64,000 nt of DNA from Patescibacteria group bacterium (GTDB taxonomy: Bacteria > Patescibacteriota > Patescibacteriia > UBA1558 > GWA2-36-10): the NCBI GenBank assembly GCA_041665505.1, contig JBAYIR010000001.1:83108-147107 (forward strand). Reading direction: 5' to 3'. The translations under genes were made by a program, and so were the position numbers. The notes below the pieces were generated by a model. The model worked only from the letters and a program-made list of their open reading frames with translations, made no database searches and was not told the origin of the DNA. This document shows, one piece after another, positions 1 to 9,689 of the stretch (position 1 is the first letter of the stretch; each line of letters starts with the position of its first letter).

Positions 1-53
1 ATCTAGATTATCTTAAACAAATTTTATCTACAGCCAATACATCCGCCGCTAGT

Positions 54-959
54 TTGGATTTTTTAGCTATAACAAAAAAAGAAGATGCTGATTATTATTT
101 AAATGAAGAATTAAACAGTGTTATATCATTTGAGGGTAATTTTAAAAAAATAAGTAGTGAAGAGGTTTTAATGATAGGTACTGATTATATAGTGAAATCA
201 GGTGATAAATATATGGCGATTAGTTTTAATATGTTTACTGGTAATGAAACAGCCTATCAGACTGCTCTAGCTAAAGCTCAAGAAGTAATCAAGACTTTTT
301 CTCTTTCCGCTTCTCCTCACCAAACAGAAACTGTTGTTGAAGATACAGAAAAGCCTAAAGTGCCAGCAGAAGTTACAAAACAGCCAATATATGTTCCTCC
401 TGTTAAAGTTGGTAGTTTGGCCAATAGGCTCAAAGGACGCATTCTTTTACAAGTGGAGTCCCATGGTGAGGCTTGGTATGTGAAGCCAGAAACAGGTACA
501 AGAATGTATATGAAAGATGGAAGTGCTGCTTATGGTATGATGAGAGAGTTAGGTCTGGGCATTACCAACGCTGATCTAGCCAAAATCCCAGTTGGTCTTG
601 AGTCAAGATTTGAATGCCAAGATTCTGATAGTGACGAACTATGTGACAAATTAGAGCAAGGATTAGGTTCAGATCCTAGTGATAGTGACTCGGACAATGA
701 TGGCTATAATGATGGCACAGAGATTAACACCGACCATAATCCTTTAGGAGTAGGGAAAATGTCTTATAATAATACCTTAATTAATCGTTTGCAAGGTAAA
801 ATAGTTTTACAGGTAGAATCTCGTGGAGAAGCTTGGTATATAAATCCAGTTGATGGTAAAAGATACTATATGCCAGATGGACCATCAGCTTATCAGATTA
901 TGCGTTATCTTAGTTTGGGTATTACTAATAAAGATTTAGAATCAATATCTGCAGAATAA
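54..959 (+). CDS. hypothetical repeat protein with TSP3-like acidic Ca-binding motif and two ~55-aa internal repeats
   Basis: ORF track 301 aa. DSDSDxD/DNDGYNDG acidic stretch between two near-identical modules LQVESxGEAWY..G.RYYM.DG..AY..MR.LGLGITN (DNA repeats ~421-590 and ~781-950). Low-GC native composition. May be 5'-truncated by window edge. Confidence 0.5.
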   Translation: MDFLAITKKEDADYYLNEELNSVISFEGNFKKISSEEVLMIGTDYIVKSGDKYMAISFNMFTGNETAYQTALAKAQEVIKTFSLSASPHQTETVVEDTEKPKVPAEVTKQPIYVPPVKVGSLANRLKGRILLQVESHGEAWYVKPETGTRMYMKDGSAAYGMMRELGLGITNADLAKIPVGLESRFECQDSDSDELCDKLEQGLGSDPSDSDSDNDGYNDGTEINTDHNPLGVGKMSYNNTLINRLQGKIVLQVESRGEAWYINPVDGKRYYMPDGPSAYQIMRYLSLGITNKDLESISAE

Positions 960-999
960 TAGCAAACTTGGATAGTAGTTTTAAATATTTTAGGCAAAT

Positions 1000-1029
1000 G
1001 CTCTTGGTCAAGGACCAAGAGCATTTTAT
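1000..1029. terminator. bidirectional rho-independent terminator (palindromic hairpin gctcttggtc-aa-ggaccaagagc, flanked by T/A runs)
   Basis: Perfect 10-bp inverted repeat seen in sequence directly after stop of 54..959 and downstream (minus strand) of small ORF 1054..1158. Confidence 0.6.
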
Positions 1030-1053
1030 ATGTGATCGTCTGGCTAGCTCCGT

Positions 1054-1158
1054 CTAGTGGCGAAGGCCTGCTCCCATTGTGATGGACAGGAGCAGAAAAC
1101 CAATGACCTTTGACGAAAGCCAGACTAAGGTGTATTTCCCAAATTTTTTGTGCGACAT
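1054..1158 (-). CDS. 34-aa hydrophobic peptide (MSHKKFGKYTLVWLSSKVIGFLLLSITMGAGLRH) in GC-elevated mini-cassette
   Basis: Minus strand reads AAGGAGG-aaacagc(7 nt)-ATG at 1172..1156. Upstream perfect TTGACA(1269..1264)-17-TATAAT(1246..1241). One predicted TM helix. Longer 71-aa track ORF 1054..1269 would run through its own promoter. Confidence 0.4.
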   Translation of the reverse strand: MSHKKFGKYTLVWLSSKVIGFLLLSITMGAGLRH

Positions 1159-1240
1159 GCTGTTTCCTCCTTGACTCGAGTAGCTGGCGGGTGGACAGTT
1201 GTTGGTGGCACAAATCAAATAATGAACGAAATAGTTATTT

Positions 1241-1269
1241 ATTATATTATGATTATTTTTAGCTGTCAA
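1241..1269 (-). promoter_or_regulatory. perfect consensus sigma70 promoter TTGACA-17-TATAAT (minus strand)
   Basis: Plus strand attata at 1241-1246 and tgtcaa at 1264-1269, exactly 17 nt apart; counted base by base. Confidence 0.6.
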
Positions 1270-1364
1270 TAATTTTTTATATTAGGTCTATATTTATAGT
1301 TATAGATTGATTTCCAAAAATTATTTAAAAATGTTATAATACCCCTACAGTTTAATATTAAATT

Positions 1365-1751
1365 TTGCGTATTTGTATGGTGAAAAATGACTATATAGTG
1401 AGTTTTTTGTTAATAATTGCCATAGTTTTTAGTATTATTTTTTATTTCAATGCTCGTCCACTAGTTAAGGACAAAAATGTCTTACAATATACCGCTGGTT
1501 GCAGTTCTGACAAAATAGATGCCTCAATTTATAGTTTGAGAGGGGATACTAGTTTGATCGGGGCTTTTATTAGTTTTGATAAAGTACCAATCGATGACAC
1601 TATCAGAGCAGAGTTGACCAAACTGGGAGTATTTTTAAGGGAGGACTCTTGGATATTTGATTATGTTTTGGCAGAAATTCCTACTGAGGCGCTGTGTAAT
1701 TTAGCTGATTATGATTTTGTGACGGGTGTTTTTATACCCCAAGAAAATTAA
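1365..1751 (+). CDS. hypothetical N-terminally membrane-anchored protein
   Basis: 128-aa ORF, hydrophobic N-terminus (FLLIIAIVFSIIFYF), low-GC native composition; no recognisable family. Confidence 0.35.
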   Translation: MRICMVKNDYIVSFLLIIAIVFSIIFYFNARPLVKDKNVLQYTAGCSSDKIDASIYSLRGDTSLIGAFISFDKVPIDDTIRAELTKLGVFLREDSWIFDYVLAEIPTEALCNLADYDFVTGVFIPQEN

Positions 1752-1775
1752 TATTGATTTTTCAGAAATAGAAAT

Positions 1776-2939
1776 ATGAAATTAAAAACTATTGATCAAA
1801 TAAAAAATTTAGCTGGTCAGCGAGTATTGTTGCGTTTGGATCTCAATGTGCCTTTGGATGCTAAAGGCAATGTGGAACGTCATGGAGATTGGCGACTAGA
1901 TAGGTCAATTCCAACTATTAAATATTTATTAAAACATCAGGCCAAAGTTATTATTATGGCTCATTTGGGCAGGCCACATGGTCAGCCTGACCCCAAATTA
2001 TCACTGCTACTAGTTTCTAAAGCTTTAGCCAAAAAACTCGGTCAAAATATTGAATTTTGGGCTGATGATTTTAGAGATTATCAGGAAGATAGCCACAATC
2101 TAGCCAATGCCACAGTGGCTATGTTAGAAAATGTGCGTTTTGAGCCTCGTGAGAAGCTCAATTGTAAACGTCTAGCCAAGGCTATGGCCAAATTGGGTGA
2201 TATTTATGTTGATGATGCTTTTGGCAATATCCACCGCTTGGATTCTTCTATGGAGGCTATTACACATTATCTGCCATCTTACGCTGGATTTTTAATTAGA
2301 GATGAAGTAGCTTATTTGTCACAGATATTAAATATCAAAAGAGGCTTGGTGATTATTTTTGGTGGAGCCAAAGCAGCCAGCAAGATGCAGCTCATCAAAA
2401 AATTTAAAAATAAAGCGCAAGGCGTCTTACTAGGTGGAGCTTTGGCCAATGTCATGCTCAAAGCTAGTGGTTATCCAGTGGGCAAATCTTTAGTGGATAA
2501 AGAATCTATGCCAGTGGCCAAAGAATTGTTAAATACGGTTGTAGAAATGCCTGTGGATGTGGTGGTAGCTAGCGGATTAAAGTCTAAGACTAGAAAAATT
2601 GTAGCTGTCGCTAAAGTGGCTAAAAATGAAATGATTTTGGATATTGGTCCAGCCACTGTGGCTAGTTATATTACTTTACTCAAAAAAGCCCAGTTAGTTA
2701 TTTGGAATGGGCCTTTTGGTTATTTTGAAAATCCAATTTATATGCAAGCTTCTAAACAAATCATGCAAGCTCTAGCCAAATCAAAGACTAAAGTTATTTT
2801 GGGAGGCGGTGAAACAGTCGAGTTGGCTCAGAAATTAAAATTGGATAAGAAATTTCATTTTGTATCTACTGGTGGTGGAGCCATGCTGACTTTTTTATCA
2901 GGAGACAAACTGCCAGCCTTGGAAAGGTTAAAAAAATAA
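1776..2939 (+). CDS. pgk: phosphoglycerate kinase
   Basis: 387 aa; N-terminal RLDLNVPLD motif and overall PGK architecture; followed by eno and gpmI. Confidence 0.9.
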   Translation: MKLKTIDQIKNLAGQRVLLRLDLNVPLDAKGNVERHGDWRLDRSIPTIKYLLKHQAKVIIMAHLGRPHGQPDPKLSLLLVSKALAKKLGQNIEFWADDFRDYQEDSHNLANATVAMLENVRFEPREKLNCKRLAKAMAKLGDIYVDDAFGNIHRLDSSMEAITHYLPSYAGFLIRDEVAYLSQILNIKRGLVIIFGGAKAASKMQLIKKFKNKAQGVLLGGALANVMLKASGYPVGKSLVDKESMPVAKELLNTVVEMPVDVVVASGLKSKTRKIVAVAKVAKNEMILDIGPATVASYITLLKKAQLVIWNGPFGYFENPIYMQASKQIMQALAKSKTKVILGGGETVELAQKLKLDKKFHFVSTGGGAMLTFLSGDKLPALERLKK

Positions 2940-2941
2940 TA

Positions 2942-4225
2942 ATGCCGGATAAAATAAAAAAAATTACAGCTATAGAAATACTTGATTCGCGTGGTAATCC
3001 TACTATAGAAACAACAGTAGAACTGTCAAATGGCCTTTCCGCTAGTGCGGCTGTGCCATCTGGCGCTTCCACTGGTCGTTTTGAGGCATATGAATTAAGA
3101 GATGGAGATAAAGATAGATATGGCGGTCAGGGAGTACTCAAAGCGGTCGCCAATGTCAATAATATTTTAAATGAAGAATTAAGTGGTTTATCAGCTACAG
3201 AGCAGAGCAAAATTGATAATTTGATGATTAAGATTGATGGCACTAGCAACAAAAAAAAATTGGGCGCCAATGCTATTTTGTCTGTTTCTTTAGCTGTGGC
3301 TCAGGCGGCGGCCAAGTTTAATAACCTAGAGCTTTATCAGTATTTAAGAAGACTTTATGATCCTAAGTTAAAAAAATATAGCTTGCCGACGCCAGTGGTC
3401 AATGTCATAAATGGCGGTCGTCATGCTTCTACCAATATAAATATTCAAGAGTTTTGGTTAGCACCTGAAAAAACGCCTATTTTTTCCGAAAAATTACGTC
3501 AGGCTAGTGAAATATTTCATAAACTAGGGGAACTTTTAGAAGCGGCTGGCTATGATACTGATTTGGGTAATGAAGGTGGTTATGCTCCCAATGTCAAATC
3601 TCACAAACAAGTTTTTGAATTTATTATTCAAGCCATAGAATCTAGCGGCTATAAGGCCGGTCGTGATATATTTTTGGGAATTGATGCTGGGGCTTCAGAA
3701 TTTTATGATAATAAAAATAAAAAATATAACTTAGCTTTAGAAAAGCAGATAATGACGGATGATGAGTTAATAGATTTTTATTTTGATTTGATGGAAATTT
3801 ACCCTTTGACACTAATTGAAGATCCACTAGATCAAGAAGATTGGTCAGCTTGGGCTGATATTAGTAATGACGAGTTTATTAAAAAAAATAATATAAAAAT
3901 AATTGGTGATGATCTTTTTGTAACCAATATCGAACGTCTCAAAAAAGGAGTGTCTATGGGTGTAGCCAATAGTATTTTGATAAAACCCAACCAAATTGGC
4001 ACCTTGACTGAGACCTTAGCCACTATCCACTATGCCAAGGCTAATGGCTACAAAATTATAGTTTCTCATCGCAGTGGTGAAACACTAGATACTACGATTG
4101 CTGATTTAGCAGTAGCAGTCAATGCTGATTATATCAAAACTGGTTCCACAGCTAGAGGCGAGCGTATTGTCAAATACAACAGGTTATTAAAAATTGAACA
4201 AAAATTGTCTACACAGCAGCTTTAG
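2942..4225 (+). CDS. eno: enolase (phosphopyruvate hydratase)
   Basis: 427 aa; ITAIEILDSRGNPTIE N-terminus and SHRSGETxD motif typical of enolase. Confidence 0.95.
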   Translation: MPDKIKKITAIEILDSRGNPTIETTVELSNGLSASAAVPSGASTGRFEAYELRDGDKDRYGGQGVLKAVANVNNILNEELSGLSATEQSKIDNLMIKIDGTSNKKKLGANAILSVSLAVAQAAAKFNNLELYQYLRRLYDPKLKKYSLPTPVVNVINGGRHASTNINIQEFWLAPEKTPIFSEKLRQASEIFHKLGELLEAAGYDTDLGNEGGYAPNVKSHKQVFEFIIQAIESSGYKAGRDIFLGIDAGASEFYDNKNKKYNLALEKQIMTDDELIDFYFDLMEIYPLTLIEDPLDQEDWSAWADISNDEFIKKNNIKIIGDDLFVTNIERLKKGVSMGVANSILIKPNQIGTLTETLATIHYAKANGYKIIVSHRSGETLDTTIADLAVAVNADYIKTGSTARGERIVKYNRLLKIEQKLSTQQL

Positions 4226-4242
4226 AAATTAACAAATAATAT

Positions 4243-5805
4243 ATGTCAGATATAAATAAAAAAAATATGCCTTTGGCGCTTTTGATACTGGATGGTTGGG
4301 GTATTTGGAATAAAAAAGAAGGTAATGCCATAGCTCTAGCTCATACACCGGTTATAAATAATCTTTATGAAAAATATCCTAATACCTTACTACAGGCTTC
4401 GGAAAAATATGTTGGCTTACCAGCTAATCAGCCGGGTAATTCCGAGGCTGGGCATATGAATATTGGGGCGGGTCGAGTGATTGAGCAAGACGCGGTTATA
4501 ATTTCCAAGAGTATCAACAATGGCACTTTTTTTAAAAATCCAGCTTTTTTGCAAGCAGCTCATCACGTCAGTGAATATAATTCAGATGTCCATTTGATGG
4601 GGCTTTTGTCTGATGGTTCTAGCCCTCATTCGCACGATGATCATCTTTTATCATTGATTAGTTTTTTTCTTAGTCGGACCAAGCAAAATATTTATCTTCA
4701 TCTTTTTACAGATGGACGTGATTCGCCACCCTTTGCCGCTTTAAAAATTTTGAGTCAATATACTTCAATATTCAATAGCAATAGAGTAAAAATTGCTACT
4801 GTCATGGGGCGTTTTTATGCTATGGACAGAAAAAAATCTTGGCCTAGAACAAAATTAGCTTATGAGGCTTTGGTTATGGGGAAAGGTCATCAAGTTGAAA
4901 ATCCTATTGAAGCGGTAAATCAAGCTTATAATCGAGGGGAAAGTGATGAATATATTTTACCAACAGTCATAGTTGATAAAGATAAAAGTCCGATTGCTAC
5001 TATTAATAGTAATGATGCTTTAGTATTTTTTAATTTAAGATCAGATCGAGCTCGTCAATTGACCAAAATTTTTGGGCAAGAAGATTTTAACAAAAAAAAT
5101 CCAGGTTCATTTAAGTTGATCAAAAAAATTGAAAATTTATTATTTGTGGCTTTGACTGATTTTGGTCCAGATTTAGAAAGGGTGCTAACTGCTTATCCAG
5201 GTATTGATATTTCCGATACTTTACCCATGGCGCTTAAAGATATTAGACAGTGTTATATTGCGGAAACAGAAAAATATGCTCACGTTACTTATTTTTTTAA
5301 TGGTGGTTATGATCATCCAGTTGGTGGTGAAGATTGGGTCAATATTCCATCTAAAGATGTAGCTTCTTATGCCCAAAAACCAGAGATGAGTACTTTTGAA
5401 ATTGCGGAAGAGGTGATAAAATATGTTCAAGAGGATAAATACGATTTTATTATGGTCAATTTTGCTAGTCCAGATATGGTTGGACATACGGGAGATTTGG
5501 CAGCCGGAATAAAAGCAGTAGAATTTGTAGATAAGGCTGTCGGACAAATTATTGATGCTATTTTAGCTAAGCATGGTACTATAATTATTACTGCTGACCA
5601 TGGTAATGTGGAAGAAATGATTAACTTGGAGACCAAAGAAATTGATACTGAGCATTCCAAAAATCCAGTACCACTTATTATTGTTAGCCATGATAATTTT
5701 AAATTAGTGACTAATGGCCAATTAGCAAATATTGCTCCAACTATTTTAGATATTTTAGGCCTGCCTCAACCTAAATTAATGACTGATAAATCTTTAATTG
5801 TTTAA
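4243..5805 (+). CDS. gpmI: 2,3-bisphosphoglycerate-independent phosphoglycerate mutase (copy 1)
   Basis: 520 aa; LLILDGWG, AETEKYAHVTYFFNGG, SPDMVGHTG, ITADHGN motifs of iPGM. Confidence 0.9.
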   Translation: MSDINKKNMPLALLILDGWGIWNKKEGNAIALAHTPVINNLYEKYPNTLLQASEKYVGLPANQPGNSEAGHMNIGAGRVIEQDAVIISKSINNGTFFKNPAFLQAAHHVSEYNSDVHLMGLLSDGSSPHSHDDHLLSLISFFLSRTKQNIYLHLFTDGRDSPPFAALKILSQYTSIFNSNRVKIATVMGRFYAMDRKKSWPRTKLAYEALVMGKGHQVENPIEAVNQAYNRGESDEYILPTVIVDKDKSPIATINSNDALVFFNLRSDRARQLTKIFGQEDFNKKNPGSFKLIKKIENLLFVALTDFGPDLERVLTAYPGIDISDTLPMALKDIRQCYIAETEKYAHVTYFFNGGYDHPVGGEDWVNIPSKDVASYAQKPEMSTFEIAEEVIKYVQEDKYDFIMVNFASPDMVGHTGDLAAGIKAVEFVDKAVGQIIDAILAKHGTIIITADHGNVEEMINLETKEIDTEHSKNPVPLIIVSHDNFKLVTNGQLANIAPTILDILGLPQPKLMTDKSLIV

Positions 5806-5811
5806 AACAAA

Positions 5812-7389
5812 ATGAAAAGACCTCGACCAGTAGTGCTTGTTATATTAGATGGTTTTGGTATTGCGCCTCCTTCGAGAGCCAATGCTATTTCTTTGGCTAA
5901 AACCTCAAACTTTGATAAGTATTCTCAAAATTATCCAATTATGCCACTAGCAGCTAGTGGTGAAGCAGTCGGCCTTTCTTGGGGCGAAATGGGTAATTCT
6001 CAAGTTGGTCATCTTTCTTTGGGTTCTGGGCTAATTCCTTATCAAAATTTGCCTCGTATCACCAAAGCTATTACTGACGGAGAATTTTATAAAAATGAAG
6101 CTTTTCTTAAAGCTTGTGATAATGCTAAAAAAAGCGAAGCGGCTTTGCATATTATTGGTTTAGTCAGCTCCGGTGGAGTGCATAGCTACAATGAGCATTT
6201 GTATTCGCTGATAGAATTAGCTCACCAGCAAAAAGTGGAGAGAATTTTTATCCATGCTTTTTTAGATGGCAGGGATACCCCTTATAATAGTGGTATTAAT
6301 TTTATTAGTAAGTTGCAAGAAAAATTAAAAAATATAGGGACTGGTACTATTGCTAGTTTGAGTGGTCGTTTTTGGGCTATGGATAGAGATAATCGTTGGG
6401 ATAGGGTAGAGAAAGCTTGGCGAGCTATGGTAGACGGAGTATCTGATGAGAAATTTGAAGATCCTTTAGGAGCTATTCAAAAATCTTATGATAAAAAAGT
6501 ATATGATGAGGAATTTGTGCCAACAATAATATTGAATGATTTGGGTAAGCCCAAAGGTCTTATCAAAGATGGTGATAGCGTGATATTTTTTAACTTTAGA
6601 TCAGACAGGGCCAGGCAGCTTACTCAGGCTTTGACTTTACCAGGTTTTGAAAAATTCAAAAGACAGTATTTTAAAAATTTGGTGATGGTCACTATGACCG
6701 AATACGAAAAAGATTTGCCAGTGACAGTAGCCTTTCCACCTTTGGTCATTGAGATGCCTTTGGCTAGAGTTTTGTCTGAAGCAGGATTAAAACAACTTCA
6801 TATTGCGGAAACAGAAAAATATGCTCACGTTACTTACTTTTTTAACGGTGGTCAGGAAAAAATTTATGAAGGAGAGGATAGGGTACTAGTGCCTTCACCA
6901 CAAGTGGTCTCTTATGATCAAAAACCAGCTATGTCATCTAGAGAGCTTACTTCCAAGATAAATCAAGCAGTTAAAGAAGGGCAATATGATTTTATTGTAG
7001 CCAATTATGCCAGTCCAGATATGGTTGGACATACCGGCAATATCCAAGCGACTATAGAGGCTATAGAAATATTGGATCAACTAATTGGCGAATTAGTAGA
7101 TACAGTTTTGTCATACAATGGTTTGGTGCTTATTACCGCTGACCATGGTAATGCCGAAAATCTTTATGACTTGCAGAGTGGTGAGATAAACAAAGAGCAT
7201 TCCAATAATCCAGTACCATTTTTTATTATCGGTGATGATTTTGCTGGCAAGAGTGTCTTAGCTGGTAATGTCGGGACCGATCTCAGTCACGTTACACCAG
7301 TTGGTGTTTTAGCTGATGTGCCACCAACTATACTCAAAATTATGGGTATCAAAAAACCACCAGAAATGACCGGTAGTTCTTTGATTTAA
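5812..7389 (+). CDS. gpmI: 2,3-bisphosphoglycerate-independent phosphoglycerate mutase (divergent tandem paralog)
   Basis: 525 aa; VVLVILDGFG, identical AETEKYAHVTYFFNGG and SPDMVGHTG/ITADHGN motifs; otherwise diverged from copy 1. Confidence 0.9.
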   Translation: MKRPRPVVLVILDGFGIAPPSRANAISLAKTSNFDKYSQNYPIMPLAASGEAVGLSWGEMGNSQVGHLSLGSGLIPYQNLPRITKAITDGEFYKNEAFLKACDNAKKSEAALHIIGLVSSGGVHSYNEHLYSLIELAHQQKVERIFIHAFLDGRDTPYNSGINFISKLQEKLKNIGTGTIASLSGRFWAMDRDNRWDRVEKAWRAMVDGVSDEKFEDPLGAIQKSYDKKVYDEEFVPTIILNDLGKPKGLIKDGDSVIFFNFRSDRARQLTQALTLPGFEKFKRQYFKNLVMVTMTEYEKDLPVTVAFPPLVIEMPLARVLSEAGLKQLHIAETEKYAHVTYFFNGGQEKIYEGEDRVLVPSPQVVSYDQKPAMSSRELTSKINQAVKEGQYDFIVANYASPDMVGHTGNIQATIEAIEILDQLIGELVDTVLSYNGLVLITADHGNAENLYDLQSGEINKEHSNNPVPFFIIGDDFAGKSVLAGNVGTDLSHVTPVGVLADVPPTILKIMGIKKPPEMTGSSLI

Positions 7390-7391
7390 TT

Positions 7392-7826
7392 TTATAAACC
7401 GAGATTTATTAGTAGATAGCTAGTAACTATAGAGACTAAAAATCCTATTATTATTTCCATATTACTATGACCGAAACGTTCATTTAAAACAGGAAATTTG
7501 TATTCTTCTTTGTCTGGTAGTTTTTTAATGAGGTGATTGATGATAGCAGCTTGTTGGCCTAGTTTGCGTCTAATTCCAGCGGCATCTTTGACTATAACAA
7601 TAGCCATTATAAGCACAATAGCAAACTCTGGAGAATCCAAACCCCTAAAATAGCCCATAGTAATCAGCAGGGAAGTAGCCAAGGCAGTATGAGAAGATGG
7701 CATACCACCATAAGCAAAGATTTGAGACCAAGAAAACTGGCCTTTTATTAAGAAAATGATTACTTTTACGACTTGATTGATAAGTAAGGCTAGTATGGGG
7801 ATAAGAAAAAGTGTATATTCATTCAT
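7392..7826 (-). CDS. divergent PAP2-family (YuiD/DUF212-like) membrane phosphatase
   Basis: 144 aa, multi-TM, GGMPSSHTA motif reminiscent of PAP2 PSGH signature. Confidence 0.45.
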   Translation of the reverse strand: MNEYTLFLIPILALLINQVVKVIIFLIKGQFSWSQIFAYGGMPSSHTALATSLLITMGYFRGLDSPEFAIVLIMAIVIVKDAAGIRRKLGQQAAIINHLIKKLPDKEEYKFPVLNERFGHSNMEIIIGFLVSIVTSYLLINLGL

Positions 7827-7886
7827 ATTTGATTTTTTAAATAGATTATTGTAAAGTCATTATAACAGAAAAATAAAGTAATTAAA

Positions 7887-8633
7887 ATGGAACTAACAGA
7901 AGTATTAATATTGAGTCTCGTACAAGGAATAACTGAATGGTTGCCTATTTCTAGTGATGGCCATTTGTTTTTGTTTGAGCATTGGTTTGATATCAAAGAA
8001 GCTTCTTTGTCTTTTGATGTGTTTTTACATCTAGCATCTTTGGTAGTTATTTTATTTTTCTTCCGTCGGCAGATTATAGAAATAATCAGAGCACCTTTTG
8101 ATAAACAAGAGCATTCCAAAAAAAATTGGTGGTGGCTGATAGTTGTCTCCAATATTTTTACAGCTGGTATTGGTTATTTTTTGTATCAAAGGATGGATTC
8201 TTTCCGAAATATTAACTCAGTGACCGATTGGATGATTATTACTTCTATTTTTTTATTAGCTAGTAAGTTTACCAAAGGAGAAAAGACTATTGGTTGGAAG
8301 CAGGCAATTATCTTGGGTATAGTGCAAGGTCTGGCTGTTTTACCTGGCTGGTCTAGAAGTGGCAGTGTGATTGCCATGGCTTTGATTTTAAAAATAAAAA
8401 AGACTCAGGCTTTTGAATATGGTTTTATAATGGTTATTCCAGCGATAGTTGGCTCATTTATATTGACCGTCAAAGATTTTTCTTTTGAAGCAATTTATAT
8501 TTTGGCTTTTGTTGCTACGGCTATAATTAGTTATTTATCTTTAGCTTTATTAAAGTTTATTATGAAGCGAGATTATTTTTATTTATTTTTTATCTACACA
8601 TTGCTTTTATCTTTAATTGTAAAATTAACCTAA
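7887..8633 (+). CDS. uppP: undecaprenyl-diphosphate phosphatase
   Basis: 248 aa polytopic membrane protein; N-terminal GITEWLPISSDGHL matches UppP/BacA signature. Confidence 0.8.
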   Translation: MELTEVLILSLVQGITEWLPISSDGHLFLFEHWFDIKEASLSFDVFLHLASLVVILFFFRRQIIEIIRAPFDKQEHSKKNWWWLIVVSNIFTAGIGYFLYQRMDSFRNINSVTDWMIITSIFLLASKFTKGEKTIGWKQAIILGIVQGLAVLPGWSRSGSVIAMALILKIKKTQAFEYGFIMVIPAIVGSFILTVKDFSFEAIYILAFVATAIISYLSLALLKFIMKRDYFYLFFIYTLLLSLIVKLT

Positions 8634-9689
8634 ATGCTTTATCCAGTCATATTATCAGGGGGAGTAGGTCAGAGGCTCTGGCCAGTGTCTAATCAAAATG
8701 ATCCCAAGCAGTTTAAAGCTTTTTTGGATGATAAGACATTATTACAAAATACTTACAATCGTTTACTTAGAGCTTTTGATAAAGAAAGTATTTTTTTGGT
8801 TACTGGGCTAAGTGGCTTTGATAGCGTCAAAGCGCAATTAGATATAGCTGAAAAAAATATTTTTATTGAGCCAAGTGGCAAAGGCACAGCTATAGCTATT
8901 GCTTTAGCGGCACTACGTCTGCAAAATGTTGATCCCGAAGCTAGCATAGTTACTATTTGTACGGATCATTTTGTAAAAGAAGAAGACAAATATCTTAAAA
9001 TAATAAAAAAAGCTGGAGAGATGCTAGCCAAACATCCAGATAGATTAATTGTTTTGGGTATCAAACCCAGCTATCCCGAGACAGGCTACGGCTATATAGA
9101 ATTAGCTGATACTATAGCCAAAGATGTTTATAATGTGAAATCTCTTCAGGAAAAACCAGATTTAAATACCGCCAAAAAGTATTTGGAGGCTGGTAATTAT
9201 TTGTGGAGTTCTAGTGTTTTTGTTTTTAAAGCTAAACAATTATTGGATTGGTATCAGCAATTTTTACCTGACTTATATCAAGCACTGATGCAGATAAAAG
9301 CTGATGATTCTAGAGAGAATATGGCCAAAGTTTATTCTCAAATAAAAAATATTTCTATTGACTATGGTTTGTTGGAAAAATTGACCAATATGTTGTGTCT
9401 TCCAGCCGAGGTGACTTGGGCTGACATTGGTCATTGGCGCTCTCTAAGAGACGTCTTAAAAAAAGATAATTCCAATGTTTCTAATACCAAAAATTTAGTG
9501 ACTATTGATAGTCATAATAATTTGTTATATAGTTTTAATAATAAGAAATTAGTCACAGCAGTGGGAGTAGAAGATATGATATTAGTTGAGACAGATGAAG
9601 CAATATTGCTCTGTCCAGCTGATAGAGCCCAAGATATCAAAATTTTGCTGGAGGAAATAAAAAAACAGGGTTTTGATAAATATTTATGA
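8634..9689 (+). CDS. mannose-1-phosphate guanylyltransferase-like nucleotidyltransferase
   Basis: 351 aa; YPVILSGGVGQRLWPVS N-terminal nucleotidyl-transferase motif as in GDP-mannose pyrophosphorylase. Confidence 0.65.
   Translation: MLYPVILSGGVGQRLWPVSNQNDPKQFKAFLDDKTLLQNTYNRLLRAFDKESIFLVTGLSGFDSVKAQLDIAEKNIFIEPSGKGTAIAIALAALRLQNVDPEASIVTICTDHFVKEEDKYLKIIKKAGEMLAKHPDRLIVLGIKPSYPETGYGYIELADTIAKDVYNVKSLQEKPDLNTAKKYLEAGNYLWSSSVFVFKAKQLLDWYQQFLPDLYQALMQIKADDSRENMAKVYSQIKNISIDYGLLEKLTNMLCLPAEVTWADIGHWRSLRDVLKKDNSNVSNTKNLVTIDSHNNLLYSFNNKKLVTAVGVEDMILVETDEAILLCPADRAQDIKILLEEIKKQGFDKYL

Noticed and set aside
1054-1269. 71-aa version of the island-G ORF and overlapping 102-aa ORF 905..1213
   Set aside because: The 71-aa frame starts inside its own -35 box and the N-terminal 37 residues are AT-rich low-complexity (NNHNIINNYF). 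Only the SD-preceded 34-aa C-terminal part is credible. ORF 905..1213 overlaps the terminator and the 3' end of gene 54..959.
2471-5660. Short antisense ORFs inside native genes (for example 2471..2656, 3642..3827, 3832..4023, 5221..5547, 5427..5660 and similar throughout)
   Set aside because: All lie antisense within well-supported conserved genes, have Ile/Phe/Lys/Asn-rich low-complexity translations typical of AT-rich antisense frames, and lack start signals.
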